DNA from: Tubiluchus corallicola
Taxonomy: Eukaryota; Animalia; Priapulida
NCBI GenBank assembly: GCA_030141605.1
Contig: JAQGDQ010002073.1
Span: 1 to 15,906 of the forward strand
Length of the DNA: 15,906 nt
Reading direction: 5' to 3'
Shown one piece after another: positions 1 to 11,842 of this stretch (its first letter is position 1; each line of letters begins with the position of its first letter). The position numbers and the translations under genes were made by a program. The notes beneath the pieces are model-generated. The model did not search any database, was not told the DNA's origin, and saw nothing but the letters and a program-made list of their open reading frames with translations.

Positions 1-1070
1 AAATAAGTAAACAATCAAAATTAATAAATAATCAGGACATAGTCAAAGTAGTCGTAAAAGTTAAGCATGCCTATTCAAAGTTAAACTGGATGGATGCACG
101 CTGGGTTGGAAGATGAGCTTGGCAAGACCGGAAATATTGACAAGTATTTTTCAACTTACGCTAGGCCTATGACGGTGGCGGTTCATCTTTGCAGACCTAC
201 CGCGTCTCGCTACATTCAAAACCTTCCTCCTTCCAGGGTGTATAAAGTCTTGCTGAAATGCTGTGAAAAAAGGCCAAATAACAGAATGACAGACACTCGC
301 AATTGTTGCTCCCGTGATGAATTCTTGTCCGTCTGAATGACGAAAAACCGAAAAAATTCGGTGCGAAGATAATGCAATATGTTAGAAAGGCAACATTCAT
401 TATTCACTTACTGAGTCCTGGGAAATAATTACAAGAAAATGGCACGTTTCGACTGGGGAGCCATCTATAATCTACATTTGTTTTGTTCACCATGTTTCAC
501 TTAGTTTGATTCAATAGGGTTTGGATTTAGCGGGCACCCGCGTAATTCTGCTTGCATTCATTGTACGCAGCGTCATGATGTGCATTTGAGGAACTAATCT
601 TCTGTGAAACAAAAAGGACAGTGTTGCAAGTTCCAAAATAAAAGTTAAATTCAATAAATAAATTTATGTTATTAAATTTGTAACATAATAAATTTAACAA
701 AGCTAACAGCATAAATTTAAGCCAAGTAAATTGGAAATCTCTCTTTCTTCTCTGTCAACGTGATAACACGTAATTGGTTGTTTCTTTTCCTCGTCACTTT
801 CTGTTTAACACGCCACAAACAGTTATCATATGTTTACCATTATATTTGAGACGTCTGTGCGCGTAGTAATGATTGGTCACATTTTTGTGCTGCTGCTGCT
901 GATTGTGGTTTAGGAGTATATTCTGTGTGTGTCTTGTATGTTATTGCATGCTGTGCATTTTAATTATTCAAATAGTGATTGATTGATTGATTAATTTATT
1001 ATTTATTCTTATAAACCAAGTGATTGTGTCTTGTGATTTTTTTCACCTTGTATCTCATGTAGGTGGCGCT

Positions 1071-1188
1071 TTATATGTAACGAGGGAGCAGCCTTATGAC
1101 CTTGCTTCATCTTGTTTTATATATAACCAGGGAGCAGACTTCTGACCTTGCTTCACCTTGTCTTATATGTAACCAGGGAACAGACTTC
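1071..1188. repeat. 46-bp minisatellite, about 2.6 copies
   Basis: Unit TTATATGTAACCAGGGAGCAGACTTCTGACCTTGCTTCACCTTGTC-like, starting at 1071, 1117 and 1163. Confidence 0.85.
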
Positions 1189-2688
1189 GCCATTCGTACC
1201 CCATAGTGGCACAATACTGTCTTGGCCTTATTTATATTCACTTCAAGAATACTAAGCTTCTAGTGCAGTTTTATTTACGAACAATTACGATTGTTTATTT
1301 TTCCTAACCTTAGCTGCTTAGTGACTACAATGCACTAATTAATCAACAGCGACCTCTCGCCTCAAGGTTTACAAAAAATAAAGCAACTGTTTGCAACGCC
1401 AGTCAAGGTCTTAGAGCTGCGCGAATTGTGAAAATGCGCTTCCGCCCTACTTTGGAAAAAAATGTCTTCGCCATAAAAAACTTCTTATTTTATGGTAAAG
1501 CGCGTTAATGCGTTGATGTATATTCTTATTTCGGTTTATTATCAAAGCACCCTCGGGCCTTTGGTGCAGGGATAGTTTAAAAGCCACAAAAATAGACACA
1601 ATTCTCACCGAAAATCCCAAGCGATGAAAAAAATCAATACATCGTCTTGCTTAGAATAACAAACAAAACCAGACCTGCTGGCTCTTCTTAGTACGAAAAT
1701 TGATTTTTTATCGATTATTGAGAGATGTGAGGCGTTTTTGTTTAGCAATTTCGATAATTTTCTGCGGAAATCTACGAAAAGAACCGAAAATGGCTCATTT
1801 AAAATCAAAATCATAAAAAAAACATTTAAAAAATCATAAAACGATTTAATATCGACTTTTCCCTCCGAAATTTTAAAAATTTCAGGCATTTAAACAGTTT
1901 ATTACTACAACCAGGGGTAATTATTCCTGGTAAGCTCTCCATTATGTCCCGGGGCTCCGGATGTCAGACACGCTCAATTTTCTGCAAAGAGGCCTACGCT
2001 TCGAAACATCACATTGTAAGTTTACGACCTTCCGGAAGTGAAGATAAGCGGTATTACAATTATGAAAGAGAACATTTTAAAGCTAGCTCCAGCTCACGAC
2101 GACAAAATCGGATTAATTAGAAAGAGAATTGTTTCTACGAAACCTCGAAACACCTGTGAGAAAGATCTTTTACCTTTCATTAGACATTTAGAATTCCATT
2201 CACGTGTTAAGGCAGCTAATAACATCAATACCTTGACTCTAGCAGCGATCGTGCGTTATCGTAAGCGTGAGTCCCTCTTTTTGGATATTGGACCCGGGTA
2301 GAAACCTTTGAACGTAATTACTGATCAGAGAAAGCGCACCGTGTTTGGTATATAAACAGAAGTTCTGCAATTTGCAATAGGTTTAGTACGTAACGTCTAT
2401 GGTCAGTTGGTTACAGAAGAATTCATTGCTTTTCGGTGTAGCGCTGCTCCACTGCTAGAGTTTATTCCGCGCGATATGAAAAGCTTGGAGCAAATTATCT
2501 ACAACATTAATGATATTGTCTTCTTCATATTTTTACTATCCTGAAATCAGATTGAGCAAGTTTGGTGTCTACACGGGCGTGCCAGTAACACAGACACTTA
2601 CTTCTGACTGTTCTGCCTTTTCTTAAAATAATACAGCGTGAAAAAGTATTAATGAAAGCTTTTTTTATTTATTTATTTGTTAGGAATT

Positions 2689-2980
2689 TTGGAGCACCAA
2701 AACAGAAGACTAAGACGGGTAGGACATTTAATGAGATTGCCAGAAACAACACCAGTAAGACTAGCATTAAATGAGGCACTGAAACCTGGTAAACCAAAAA
2801 CAACCTGGATATCAAGAATTAATAAAGATTCACAACAGCTTGAGACCAAACTTAACAATAGCATCACAGGAATTGAAAATTTTAGTTGCAACAGGAAATA
2901 GCGGGGGGGGGAGCTCTAGTAAAGGATAGAGGCTCTGTGTCTACAATAGATGCCTAGAGCAGCAGAAGAACAAAAAAAAT
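2689..2980 (+). mobile_element. 5'-truncated RTE-like non-LTR retrotransposon 3' remnant in intron 1 of the neuregulin-like gene (antisense to it)
   Basis: Translation RRLRRVGHLMRLPETTPVRLALNEALKPGKPKTTWISRINKD resembles the RRLRWxGHxxR...GRPKxTW..I..D motif at the C-terminus of RTE/RTEX-clade ORFs. It is followed by a stop, a short tail and an A-rich end near 2965-2979. Confidence 0.7.
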
Positions 2981-3219
2981 ATCTATAATAGTCCAATAGA
3001 GTATTCGGGAAATTGTAACAATTGTATGACAACGATGAATAGTAGTAGACAATAAAGTACTACTAAAATCATAGGCCAAAATTTTCGTGTTTTTCAGACG
3101 AAATTCTGATTATCACCGCGAGAATAATTCACTATCAGTGTTGCGCAATTTTGTGAATTTTCGCGATTTTCGCCGACACGATAACATGAGAAAAAAAATC
3201 AATAAATTTTTCAACTCAC

Positions 3220-3649
3220 CACACGCTCCCTCCGCACAGATGACTTTTTTCAACGCCTTTTTATTCCTTCTATTGGCCGAAACTGGAGGCGCAAACAAGG
3301 TGAAAACCCTTTCCTCGGTCGTGCTGTTGAGAAATAATATCAATTTTTGTTTTGCCTGCCAGCGAACACTACACGGACCATCTTGATCTGCTTTTACTTG
3401 AATTTTTCGCAGAGTAATGTGCTTTTCCGGCTTCTCTTTATGCACAGTTTTCACACGTATGTGAGCGAGATTATTAATAGGTGCTGGCTTCCTTAAAACG
3501 ACACCTTCGACGGTGATTTCTGATAAATACGCCAAGGAGCCGGCGTCTTTGTACTGCGTGTGACACGTTTCAACTTGAGCGCAGAAACAAATGAAAATTA
3601 ACAGGTAAAAACTGATGAAAATGATCTGTTGAGTGCGTCTCACTGTCAT
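3220..3649 (-). CDS. NRG: First coding exon of a neuregulin/vein-like secreted EGFR-family ligand (pro-neuregulin-2-like N-terminal domain); gene continues beyond the left edge
   Basis: ATG at 3649 opens MTVRRTQQIIFISFYLLIFICFCAQVET (basic N-terminus, hydrophobic core: signal peptide). It continues CHTQYKDAGSLAYLSEITVEGVV...C...KQKLILFLNSTTEERVFTLFAPPVSANRRNKKALKKVICAEGAC. This aligns by eye with human NRG2 as I recall it (CYSPSLKSVQDQAYKAPVVVEGKV...C...NQRYIFFLEPTEQPLVFKTAFAPLDTNGKNLKKEVGKILCTDC). The frame meets TGT G|GTGAGT (GT at 3219-3218), a phase-1 donor just after the terminal Cys, as in NRG1 type II/NRG2 exon 1. The ORF-track extensions (GTG start at 3688; 3219-3113) are UTR and intron read-through. 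Confidence 0.85.
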
Positions 3650-3729
3650 CTTGTCACTCTGCCCGTCTGACCACAGATAAACACACACTTTTCAAGACCT
3701 AACCTCCACGCAATTGCCATAATCCACGA

Positions 3730-3860
3730 CCGACTGAGGCATATTATATAGAACCGTTACTATAATACGCCGGCTGCGGTCGTGACGTCACGTGCGACGT
3801 GCGCGCGCAGCTTGCACTCGCCACGCAATCAGCCCACGCCGCCCAGCGGCAGCGATGAGA
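3730..3860 (-). promoter_or_regulatory. CpG-rich putative promoter of the neuregulin-like gene
   Basis: A GC/CpG-dense island in AT-rich DNA, 80-210 bp upstream of the ATG. It contains the palindrome CGTGACGTCACG (3781-3792, full CRE TGACGTCA) overlapping E-box CACGTG (3789-3794), a GC box (GGGCGG on minus near 3839-3844), Inr-like TCAGTC (minus 3737-3732) and TATA-like TATTATA about 30 bp upstream of it (3767-3761). Confidence 0.55.
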
Positions 3861-4214
3861 GACGAGTGTCAGAACCGGCGTGTTCGATTTAGGGAAGTGA
3901 TTCAGCGGGTATTTTAAGCGGGTTTGAGAGTTTATTTTGATTTCCTCCCTTCCGAAAAAAGGCATGCGATTAACACGTTGTGCTGGGATGTGATGAGAGA
4001 TGGGGTTTTGCTCATCAAGGTTTGATGCAGTGCAGGGTTCACGGTAAAAGTAGGTGGTTGTACTAAGAATCAGTGCCAGACGAACATAAAAAAATTGGAT
4101 AAAATCATACCTTATATATCTTCATGTTCGAAAAGTAAAGTGAATCATACTTGACAAATAAGCTTTAACTTTTTCATACAATTCGGTGCACACTGGAATA
4201 CAACATTCAATATG

Positions 4215-4325
4215 TTCTTTTGTATTATTCTTGTATTTTTTTTTTTTTTGTATTCTTGTAATTACATTTTTTGCAAAGGTACATTGTTGTATTTCTGAAA
4301 ATAAACCTGAATTGAATTGAATTGA
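4215..4325 (+). mobile_element. Possible LINE (CR1/L2-type) 3' UTR remnant
   Basis: A TG/T-rich tract, AATAAA at 4300-4305 and a short (TGAAT)n tail at 4308-4325, the layout typical of CR1/L2 3' ends. No convincing upstream coding motif. Confidence 0.3.
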
Positions 4326-4443
4326 GTAGCCATGGATGATTGTGTCGAAACAAGTAGTAAATTAGCAAAGCTACGCCTGTAATTCAATGCAATTCAATAT
4401 TTTCGTATTTTCCCGATATTTTATTTGCTGATTTTTATGTAAG

Positions 4444-4505
4444 ATGAGCCATTGGACCAGCAGGTGAGTCTCACTATGAGCCATTGTACCGGCACGGGTG
4501 TCTCA
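4444..4505. repeat. Diverged 32-bp tandem duplication (2 copies)
   Basis: ATGAGCCATTGGACCAGCAGGTGAGTCTCA at 4444 and ATGAGCCATTGTACCGGCACGGGTGTCTCA at 4476. Confidence 0.7.
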
Positions 4506-4974
4506 TTTCTGCTAGCAAAGGACAGAAACGATAAACAACAGTGCAGAAAAACTTCTTACGTCAAAGTATTATTCAAATGCCATGACGTAGTTTTTACAAT
4601 AATTACGCAATAATAATAATAATAATTGCAATGATTTCACAATAATTTTAAGAGTGATTCACTTGGGAGGGTTTGAATTTCAACGGTTTGCCCTTCTCAA
4701 GGCGTGACTGGGAACATCTGATTCATAACTGCAAAAACTCATCACTGAGACCCATTATGATCACGCAATGTTGAAATTACCATCAAGGCCACTGCAGCTG
4801 TTTAAGTAGCTAATTATAGGGGCTAACGAGTTAAGACGGAAAAGTGGGATAAAGTCCTGTTTAGAGTTAACTAAGGGTAGCTTTAGGATAAAGATTTATG
4901 GGCACTGACTTGATGGTCAGTTGGTTTTTTCGCTACCCTTTCTCCTGCACCTCCTGGCACTTTCTTTTTTTATC

Positions 4975-5054
4975 ATATATATATATATATATAGAAATAA
5001 AAAGAAATATATATCTATATATATATATATATATATATATAGATATATATTTCT

Positions 5055-5119
<65 letters not shown>

Positions 5120-5130
5120 TATATATATAT
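4975..5130. repeat. Interrupted (TA)n microsatellite containing a perfect 108-bp palindrome (4975-5082)
   Basis: GAAATAAAAAGAAATATATATC (4994-5015) and its exact reverse complement (5042-5063) flank (TA)13, and are themselves flanked by TA runs. Confidence 0.9.
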
Positions 5131-5140
5131 CTTTTTGATA

Positions 5141-5337
<197 letters not shown>

Positions 5338-5637
5338 ACAATGCTGATTGGTGCTAAGACACTGTAAGATTTATTCGATGGAAGACCAGCTTCCTAGCAA
5401 CTTCTGAATAAAACCTTAGTTAGCTTTTATTCCTAACTCTTTCATAATTTACCTGATTAATTAACAATTATAGTAATTATAGTCTATTTGTATTCTGGTG
5501 TAAATGAGGAGAATCTCCCTATGTCTAAGTTTCATTTCGGGTTACGCTAAAACATGGAGCCTATTATAGTTGCATGTCATTCTGTTTTAATGATAATATT
5601 GTTACATACTTGCACTGTTTAGTAGTAATAATAGTAC

Positions 5638-5930
<293 letters not shown>

Positions 5931-6500
5931 TAAACAGCGACAGCAGCGGCAGTTTTCTTAATTTCATAAATAAACAAATAATCTGAAGCACAATGTTAAG
6001 AAAAACAAGGTTGCAGTTAAAAGGACAATATTTGAGCAGCAGATGAAACGTTCAGCGCTAATTTCACACCATAAACACGTCTTATAATTCAAACAGTGAA
6101 AATGCAAACAACTTTAAACCTGCACAACCATAATTCTTTAGCAAACTCGTTATAAACATGAAATAAATTAAAACTAACTTTTATACTTTGGCATTTATCA
6201 GCGATATACGAGCCCAATTAAGAACTATAAAACTGTTAAGCGGAAGAATTCTAAGGTTGTAGAACTACATTTTATGGCTCGCACCTGTAAGATTTCACAC
6301 GTGTGTTTGATTCTTCTAATTAACCTGTTTGCACCTGACGGACGTTAAAGATGAAATTAGGTTTTGATTCGCATGAATCCTGAATATAAAGCATTTTTTC
6401 GTAATACATGTATGTGATCACATAAACTTATTCTGAGTGAATTACTGCTTGACGGCTGTGTAGAACAGTAGAGACAAAAAGCGAGAAATAAAAAGAAACC

Positions 6501-6552
<52 letters not shown>

Positions 6553-6611
6553 AAGAGAGAGAGAGAGAGACAGAGAGAGAGAGAGAATCAGAAAGAGACG
6601 GAAAGGGAGAA

Positions 6612-6642
<31 letters not shown>

Positions 6643-6700
6643 TGGGCCGAAAAAGAGAGAGAATCGGGGACAGAAAGAGAGAAGCGAGAGATAAAAAGAG
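6501..6700. repeat. Interrupted (GA)n microsatellite
   Basis: Directly visible polypurine GA array. Confidence 0.95.
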
Positions 6701-7041
6701 AACAACACAGAAATAAAAAATACAAAAGAATCAAACTATTAAAAAATTTTAAAGCACGTAACCGACTTTTCTATGCAAAAAATAACTAAAGAAAAAAATG
6801 AATTATAGGACACGCCTGCGCCATTATCAAATCAGCCACAGGTGTGCACAGATGCACACGCTTGCCATATTTGGGTATACAATTATAGACACCTGAAGGA
6901 TGCTTTCCTAATACGCTGCTTCATTCTTAAGATTTTAGCCCTTCTTTTATCGGATCGTATCTATTCTCAGAAATAACTTTTGTTTGAAATATTTCAGTCG
7001 AGATTCACACACTAGACTGGAGTTTCTTGACAGTCAGTTAA

Positions 7042-7742
7042 AGGAAAGATCAAGTCACTTAGCATGTTGAGTTTATTTTACTGTTATCATTTAAACTTAG
7101 AAAAATACAACAAAGAAATTTGAAAAAACTGTCTATAAAGCGTAAATTTGAAATGTACGCCCTCTAAATAGAAAGGTGGTTGTCGCCATTCACTTGAAAA
7201 TTGTGACGTAATTGAGAGACTTCGTGAATTTTCGTAAGCGCATCATTTCTTTCCGTAAGCGCACACTGCTTAAACTAATTCAAACTTCTGCAGCTTAATT
7301 AACGTTCACGCAAAAATATTACAAAGTTACCTGTCTATTTTATATCACTTACATGGTGTCTCATTGCATGCAGAGCTTGCGATAGCAGTAAGGCTGTATA
7401 AGACTTGCAGATTTGAACTCCCGCGATGACTGTTAGGCGCAGCAAGTTAAACAGTAATACGTTTGAAACAAGTTTAAATAACATTGCGTAAAGTTTGAAA
7501 AAATAATCATAGTATTCGTAGCCCACACGTCACTAACTAAGCAAAAGTTTAAATTACTTTATATTGTCGTTAGGATCAATAATTTGTTTTTGGTGAGTCA
7601 GTGGTGCACACTGGGATGGTGAAACAGTGACATTTTAAATTATCAAAAACTTTTTAGTTGCATAAGTTTTTCAAACAGGTAAGCGTAATGCTAAATAATA
7701 TAACATTGTATGGAAAGTTATAAAATTCTCTGTTCTTTCCCT
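7042..7742. mobile_element. Non-autonomous DNA transposon, Kolobok/T2-like (TTAA target site, AGG termini), apparently composite
   Basis: Flanked by TTAA at 7038-7041 and 7743-7746. Left end AGGAAAGATCA; right end (reverse complement) AGGGAAAGAACA. No coding capacity. Both halves have diverged inverted homologues at 12761-13065 and 13200-13480. Confidence 0.6.
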
Positions 7743-7935
7743 TTAATGAAGCAGGCCTATATCTTCCCTGAAAGGAGGAACTGTTCCCTGGGAAAAGATT
7801 GTTTCCTGGTTTATGGTGAACGTGAAAGACAGACAATACAGGCGGTGTTGACCCAGTTAATGGTTGATGTCGTAAAATTGGTTCTGCTTGTTCTACGACC
7901 AAGACTATGGCCTTTGGATGTAGTCACATCACAGC

Positions 7936-8330
7936 ATGACAATGACTATGACTACGACTATGACTTGACTATGACTATGACTATGGCTATGGCTATAACT
8001 TCACTATGACTATGACTGTAACTATCACTATAACTATAACGATGACTGTAATTATATCTATGACTATAACTATGACTATGACTATGACTATGACTACGAC
8101 TATGACTACGACTATTACTACGACTACGACTACGACTACGACTACGACTACGACTACGACTACGACTACGACTACAACTACGACTATGACTATAACTATA
8201 TCAAAGACAATTACTACGACTATGACTACGACTTCAACTTCGACTACGACTACAACTATTACTACGACTACGACTACGACTACGACTACGACTACGCCTA
8301 CAACTATGATTATGACTATGACTATAATTA
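7936..8330. repeat. Degenerate (GACTAT)n/(GACTAC)n hexanucleotide array
   Basis: Directly visible; followed by a low-complexity purine-rich tract at about 8341-8521. Confidence 0.95.
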
Positions 8331-8637
8331 TCAAATTAAGGCCAGGAAGAAAAATGTTAAAAGTAAGAGAGAAGTGTGAAAGGAAAGAAGAAGTAACAGT
8401 GGAAATGAAGGAAAGACAGAAGCAAGACAGGAAAGAAAGAATGAAGAAAGGAGAATGTCAAAAAGTAAAGAAAAGGAACGAACAAGAAGAAAGGAGAGAA
8501 AGAAGCAATAAAGGGAGGAAGTAATACTAAAATTAACACGTCGTGTGTTTTGAAACGATTTAATTACCTCCTTAAATCACCCAGAAACATAGAAAATGTC
8601 ATCAGTCGTGCTTTGGTAAAATGAGTTCGATAAAGTG

Positions 8638-8769
8638 GCAGCTTTATTACCGAGGTAAAGAACTAAACAGCAGTTCTAGCAGCTTCATTACCCAGGCAAA
8701 GAACTAAACAGCAGTTCTAGCAGCTTAATTACCCAGGGAAAGAAGTAAACAGCAATTCTACCAGCTTAA
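8638..8769. repeat. 41-bp minisatellite, about 3.2 copies
   Basis: Unit GCAGCTTCATTACCCAGGCAAAGAACTAAACAGCAGTTCTA-like, starting at 8638, 8679 and 8720, with a partial copy at 8761. Confidence 0.9.
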
Positions 8770-8911
8770 GTGTGATTAGTGACGTAGTATTATGACTTTT
8801 TAAAACAAATGTAGAGAAAGAGGCAAAAATTTATGTTATTATCAGTTCTAGAATGTCAGCCATCTTTTCCAAAATGGTCTAATTCTACATTAGTGTATTC
8901 TATATTTATTA

Positions 8912-9039
8912 TTGTTGTTAAATTATCGTTATTATTCACAGTTGTTATTATTAATAATTAATTTGCTGTTGTTGTTGTTGTCGCTGTCGTTGTTGTTGTT
9001 GTTGTTGCTGTTGCTGTTCTTGTTGTTGTTGTTGTTGTC

Positions 9040-9086
<47 letters not shown>

Positions 9087-9094
9087 GCTGTTGC

Positions 9095-9176
<82 letters not shown>

Positions 9177-9190
9177 GCTGTTGCTGTTGC

Positions 9191-9236
<46 letters not shown>

Positions 9237-9273
9237 GCTGTTGTTGTTGCTGTTGCTGTTGCTGTTGCTGTTC

Positions 9274-9321
<48 letters not shown>

Positions 9322-9382
9322 TTGTTGCCGCTGCTGTTGCTGTCGTTGTTGTTGTTGCGGCTGCTGCTGCTGCTGCTGCTGT

Positions 9383-9414
<32 letters not shown>

Positions 9415-9480
9415 TTGTTGCTGCCGAGCCGTTGCCATTGTCGTTGTTGCTGATGATGGTGTTGTAGTCGTAGTCGTCTT
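8912..9480. repeat. (TTG)n/(CTG)n microsatellite
   Basis: Directly visible; source of the poly-Q, poly-C and poly-L ORFs in the track. Confidence 0.97.
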
Positions 9481-10238
9481 TGCTGATATTGTTGAAAGCG
9501 AAAATCAGTTGATTTATATTTTATTTTCTGTCGTCGAAATTCTACGAGGATTTGGGCAATCTAGCTTGTAGAAAAAGGGGGGGTGGTGGGAAGGAAGAGA
9601 TTTTTTTCCTATGAGCCGCGGGTTCGGTGGTTATGGCATGTAAACAAACAGTCATGCGGAATGAACCGTCAATTTTTACACAGTGACGTTTTTAAGTCGG
9701 TTTAAGTTAACTATAGGACTCATCGTGGCAGTTGTAGTATGAACCAGCCCTTAGGCTATGTCGCAACGGAAGTTGTCGACGTACGGTTTTTAAGAATGCC
9801 TTTCATGACATATTCGTGAGAGCATAGGAAATCTTACCTGTGAAAAATCATACAATCATTGAGGTGGGAAGGGCTGGCGAATAACATGAACTGTGGAATC
9901 AGCCACCCGGAGCAAGCTTGTTAAAAAATTGGTATTGTGCAATCTTGATCAAACTTCTTCGTGCTTCTATATAAACCTAGTAAACTCTAGATGTTATCAG
10001 TTCCTGCGTATCGAAAAATTATGCACTTATTCTACTGATTAGATACAAAATTTGTTTTTTAGCGTGAAGAAATAAATAAATAAAAGATGCAAACTTGCTA
10101 AACTCAGACAAAAATTATAAACATGATCAATAAACTGAAAGAAAAAATCAATATCTTGCAAATTATGCAATAAAATAGCAGTAAATAGCAACTTAATAAA
10201 CTAAAGAAAAGTAAAAATAAACAATTTAAAATCCCGAT

Positions 10239-10346
10239 AAAATATAGGCTTACAAAGGTTAAAATATGGGTTAAAATATAGGTTTACAAAGGTTAAACTA
10301 TAGGTTAAAATATAGGTTTATAAAGGTTAAATTATAGACTTGCAAA
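10239..10346. repeat. Degenerate 34-bp higher-order minisatellite (10+12+12 bp subunits)
   Basis: GGTTTACAAA GGTTAAAATATA GGTTAAAATATA-like unit repeated about three times. Confidence 0.7.
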
Positions 10347-10572
10347 GCGCACAGCTATATGCAAAAATAACCAAGTTTATAATTACAACAAGGTAAAACA
10401 GAACTTAGGTCTCTAAAATAATTCTACGAATGAACAGTAGAGACTTCGTGGTGCCATCTGTTGGAGGGTATGTTAAGCTAATGTACAGCTAAGCTGGATA
10501 TATTCATCTATTCAGTTTGTACTAAATCAGTAGTTGATTATATTGGCTGGTTGAGACAAAATATCTAGGGTT

Positions 10573-11273
<701 letters not shown>

Positions 11274-11448
11274 ACACAGAAAAGATATTTGCTGAACTTT
11301 GCACGTCTGCTCGAGACGTTCTCCCCACCCCAACCTACAAAACATTTACCCCCCATGCCTGGTGTAGTTAGACTTAATCAAAGTTCATATTTTTATACAA
11401 AACGCAGCTCGCTCAAGCGTCAGTAACATAAGAGTTTCGAGACCTAGA

Positions 11449-11472
11449 ATGGCAAGTGTAACTGACTTACTA
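11449..11472 (+). CDS. SGPL1: Sphingosine-1-phosphate lyase, short first coding exon (MASVTDLL)
   Basis: ATG GCA AGT GTA ACT GAC TTA CTA is followed directly by a consensus GTAAGT donor (11473-11478). Phase 0 matches the acceptor at 13699. The peptide resembles the human SGPL1 start MPSTDLL, which also lies on a very short coding exon (recalled). Confidence 0.72.
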
Positions 11473-11842
11473 GTAAGTACTGTTGGAAGAAAATTTAGTT
11501 ATGCAAATAATGTTCAATTACAGCTTAAACCTTCAGTTGTCTTGCGTGTCAGAATTTCTTAAATACCGGCATTTTTCTTGTAGAATTATTTTTTAGTCTT
11601 AAAGAGCAAGTATAAAAGTATAGTGAAACTATGGAAATTTCTATACGCACGACGAGTTATTATAAAGTTCGCATTTTCAAATATTTTTGGCGCTAGTTTT
11701 ACGACGTTAGCTAAACACGGAGAAAAATCACCCATGAGCTACAACTTTTAGCCTGTCCTTATTCTTGTGTAACAAATTTATATAACATTTCATTTTTTCA
11801 AAGTATTTGCAAGTCCGATTGTGGATGACAACATGATTATGA

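Noticed and set aside
94-2301. Short ORFs 94-336, 527-712, 1605-1889 and 2038-2301
   Set aside because: No recognisable domain, mostly low-complexity AT-rich translations, within the neuregulin-like intron. No Ig or EGF exon was found here.
2677-2901. Plus-strand host exon (acceptor-like TTTGTTAG just before the ORF)
   Set aside because: The peptide matches an RTE-like retrotransposon C-terminus with decayed conserved residues and lies antisense within an intron.
3744-3965. 73-aa minus-strand ORF upstream of the neuregulin-like exon
   Set aside because: It overlaps the putative promoter, has no homology I recognise, and is probably a by-product of local GC richness.
4444-4469. Plus-strand mini-exon ending CAG|GTGAGT
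   Set aside because: The donor is good but the acceptor is weak, it lies inside a small tandem duplication, and nothing links it to either gene.
8638-8769. 41-bp repeats (and the 46-bp repeats at 1071-1188) as a CRISPR array
   Set aside because: Units are contiguous with no unique spacers, there are no cas genes, and the context is a spliced eukaryotic locus.
9738-9885. TATGAACCAGCCCTT and AAGGGCTGGCGAATA as Harbinger-like TIRs
   Set aside because: The match is short and imperfect and, read as element termini, the two point away from each other; no partner ends were found.
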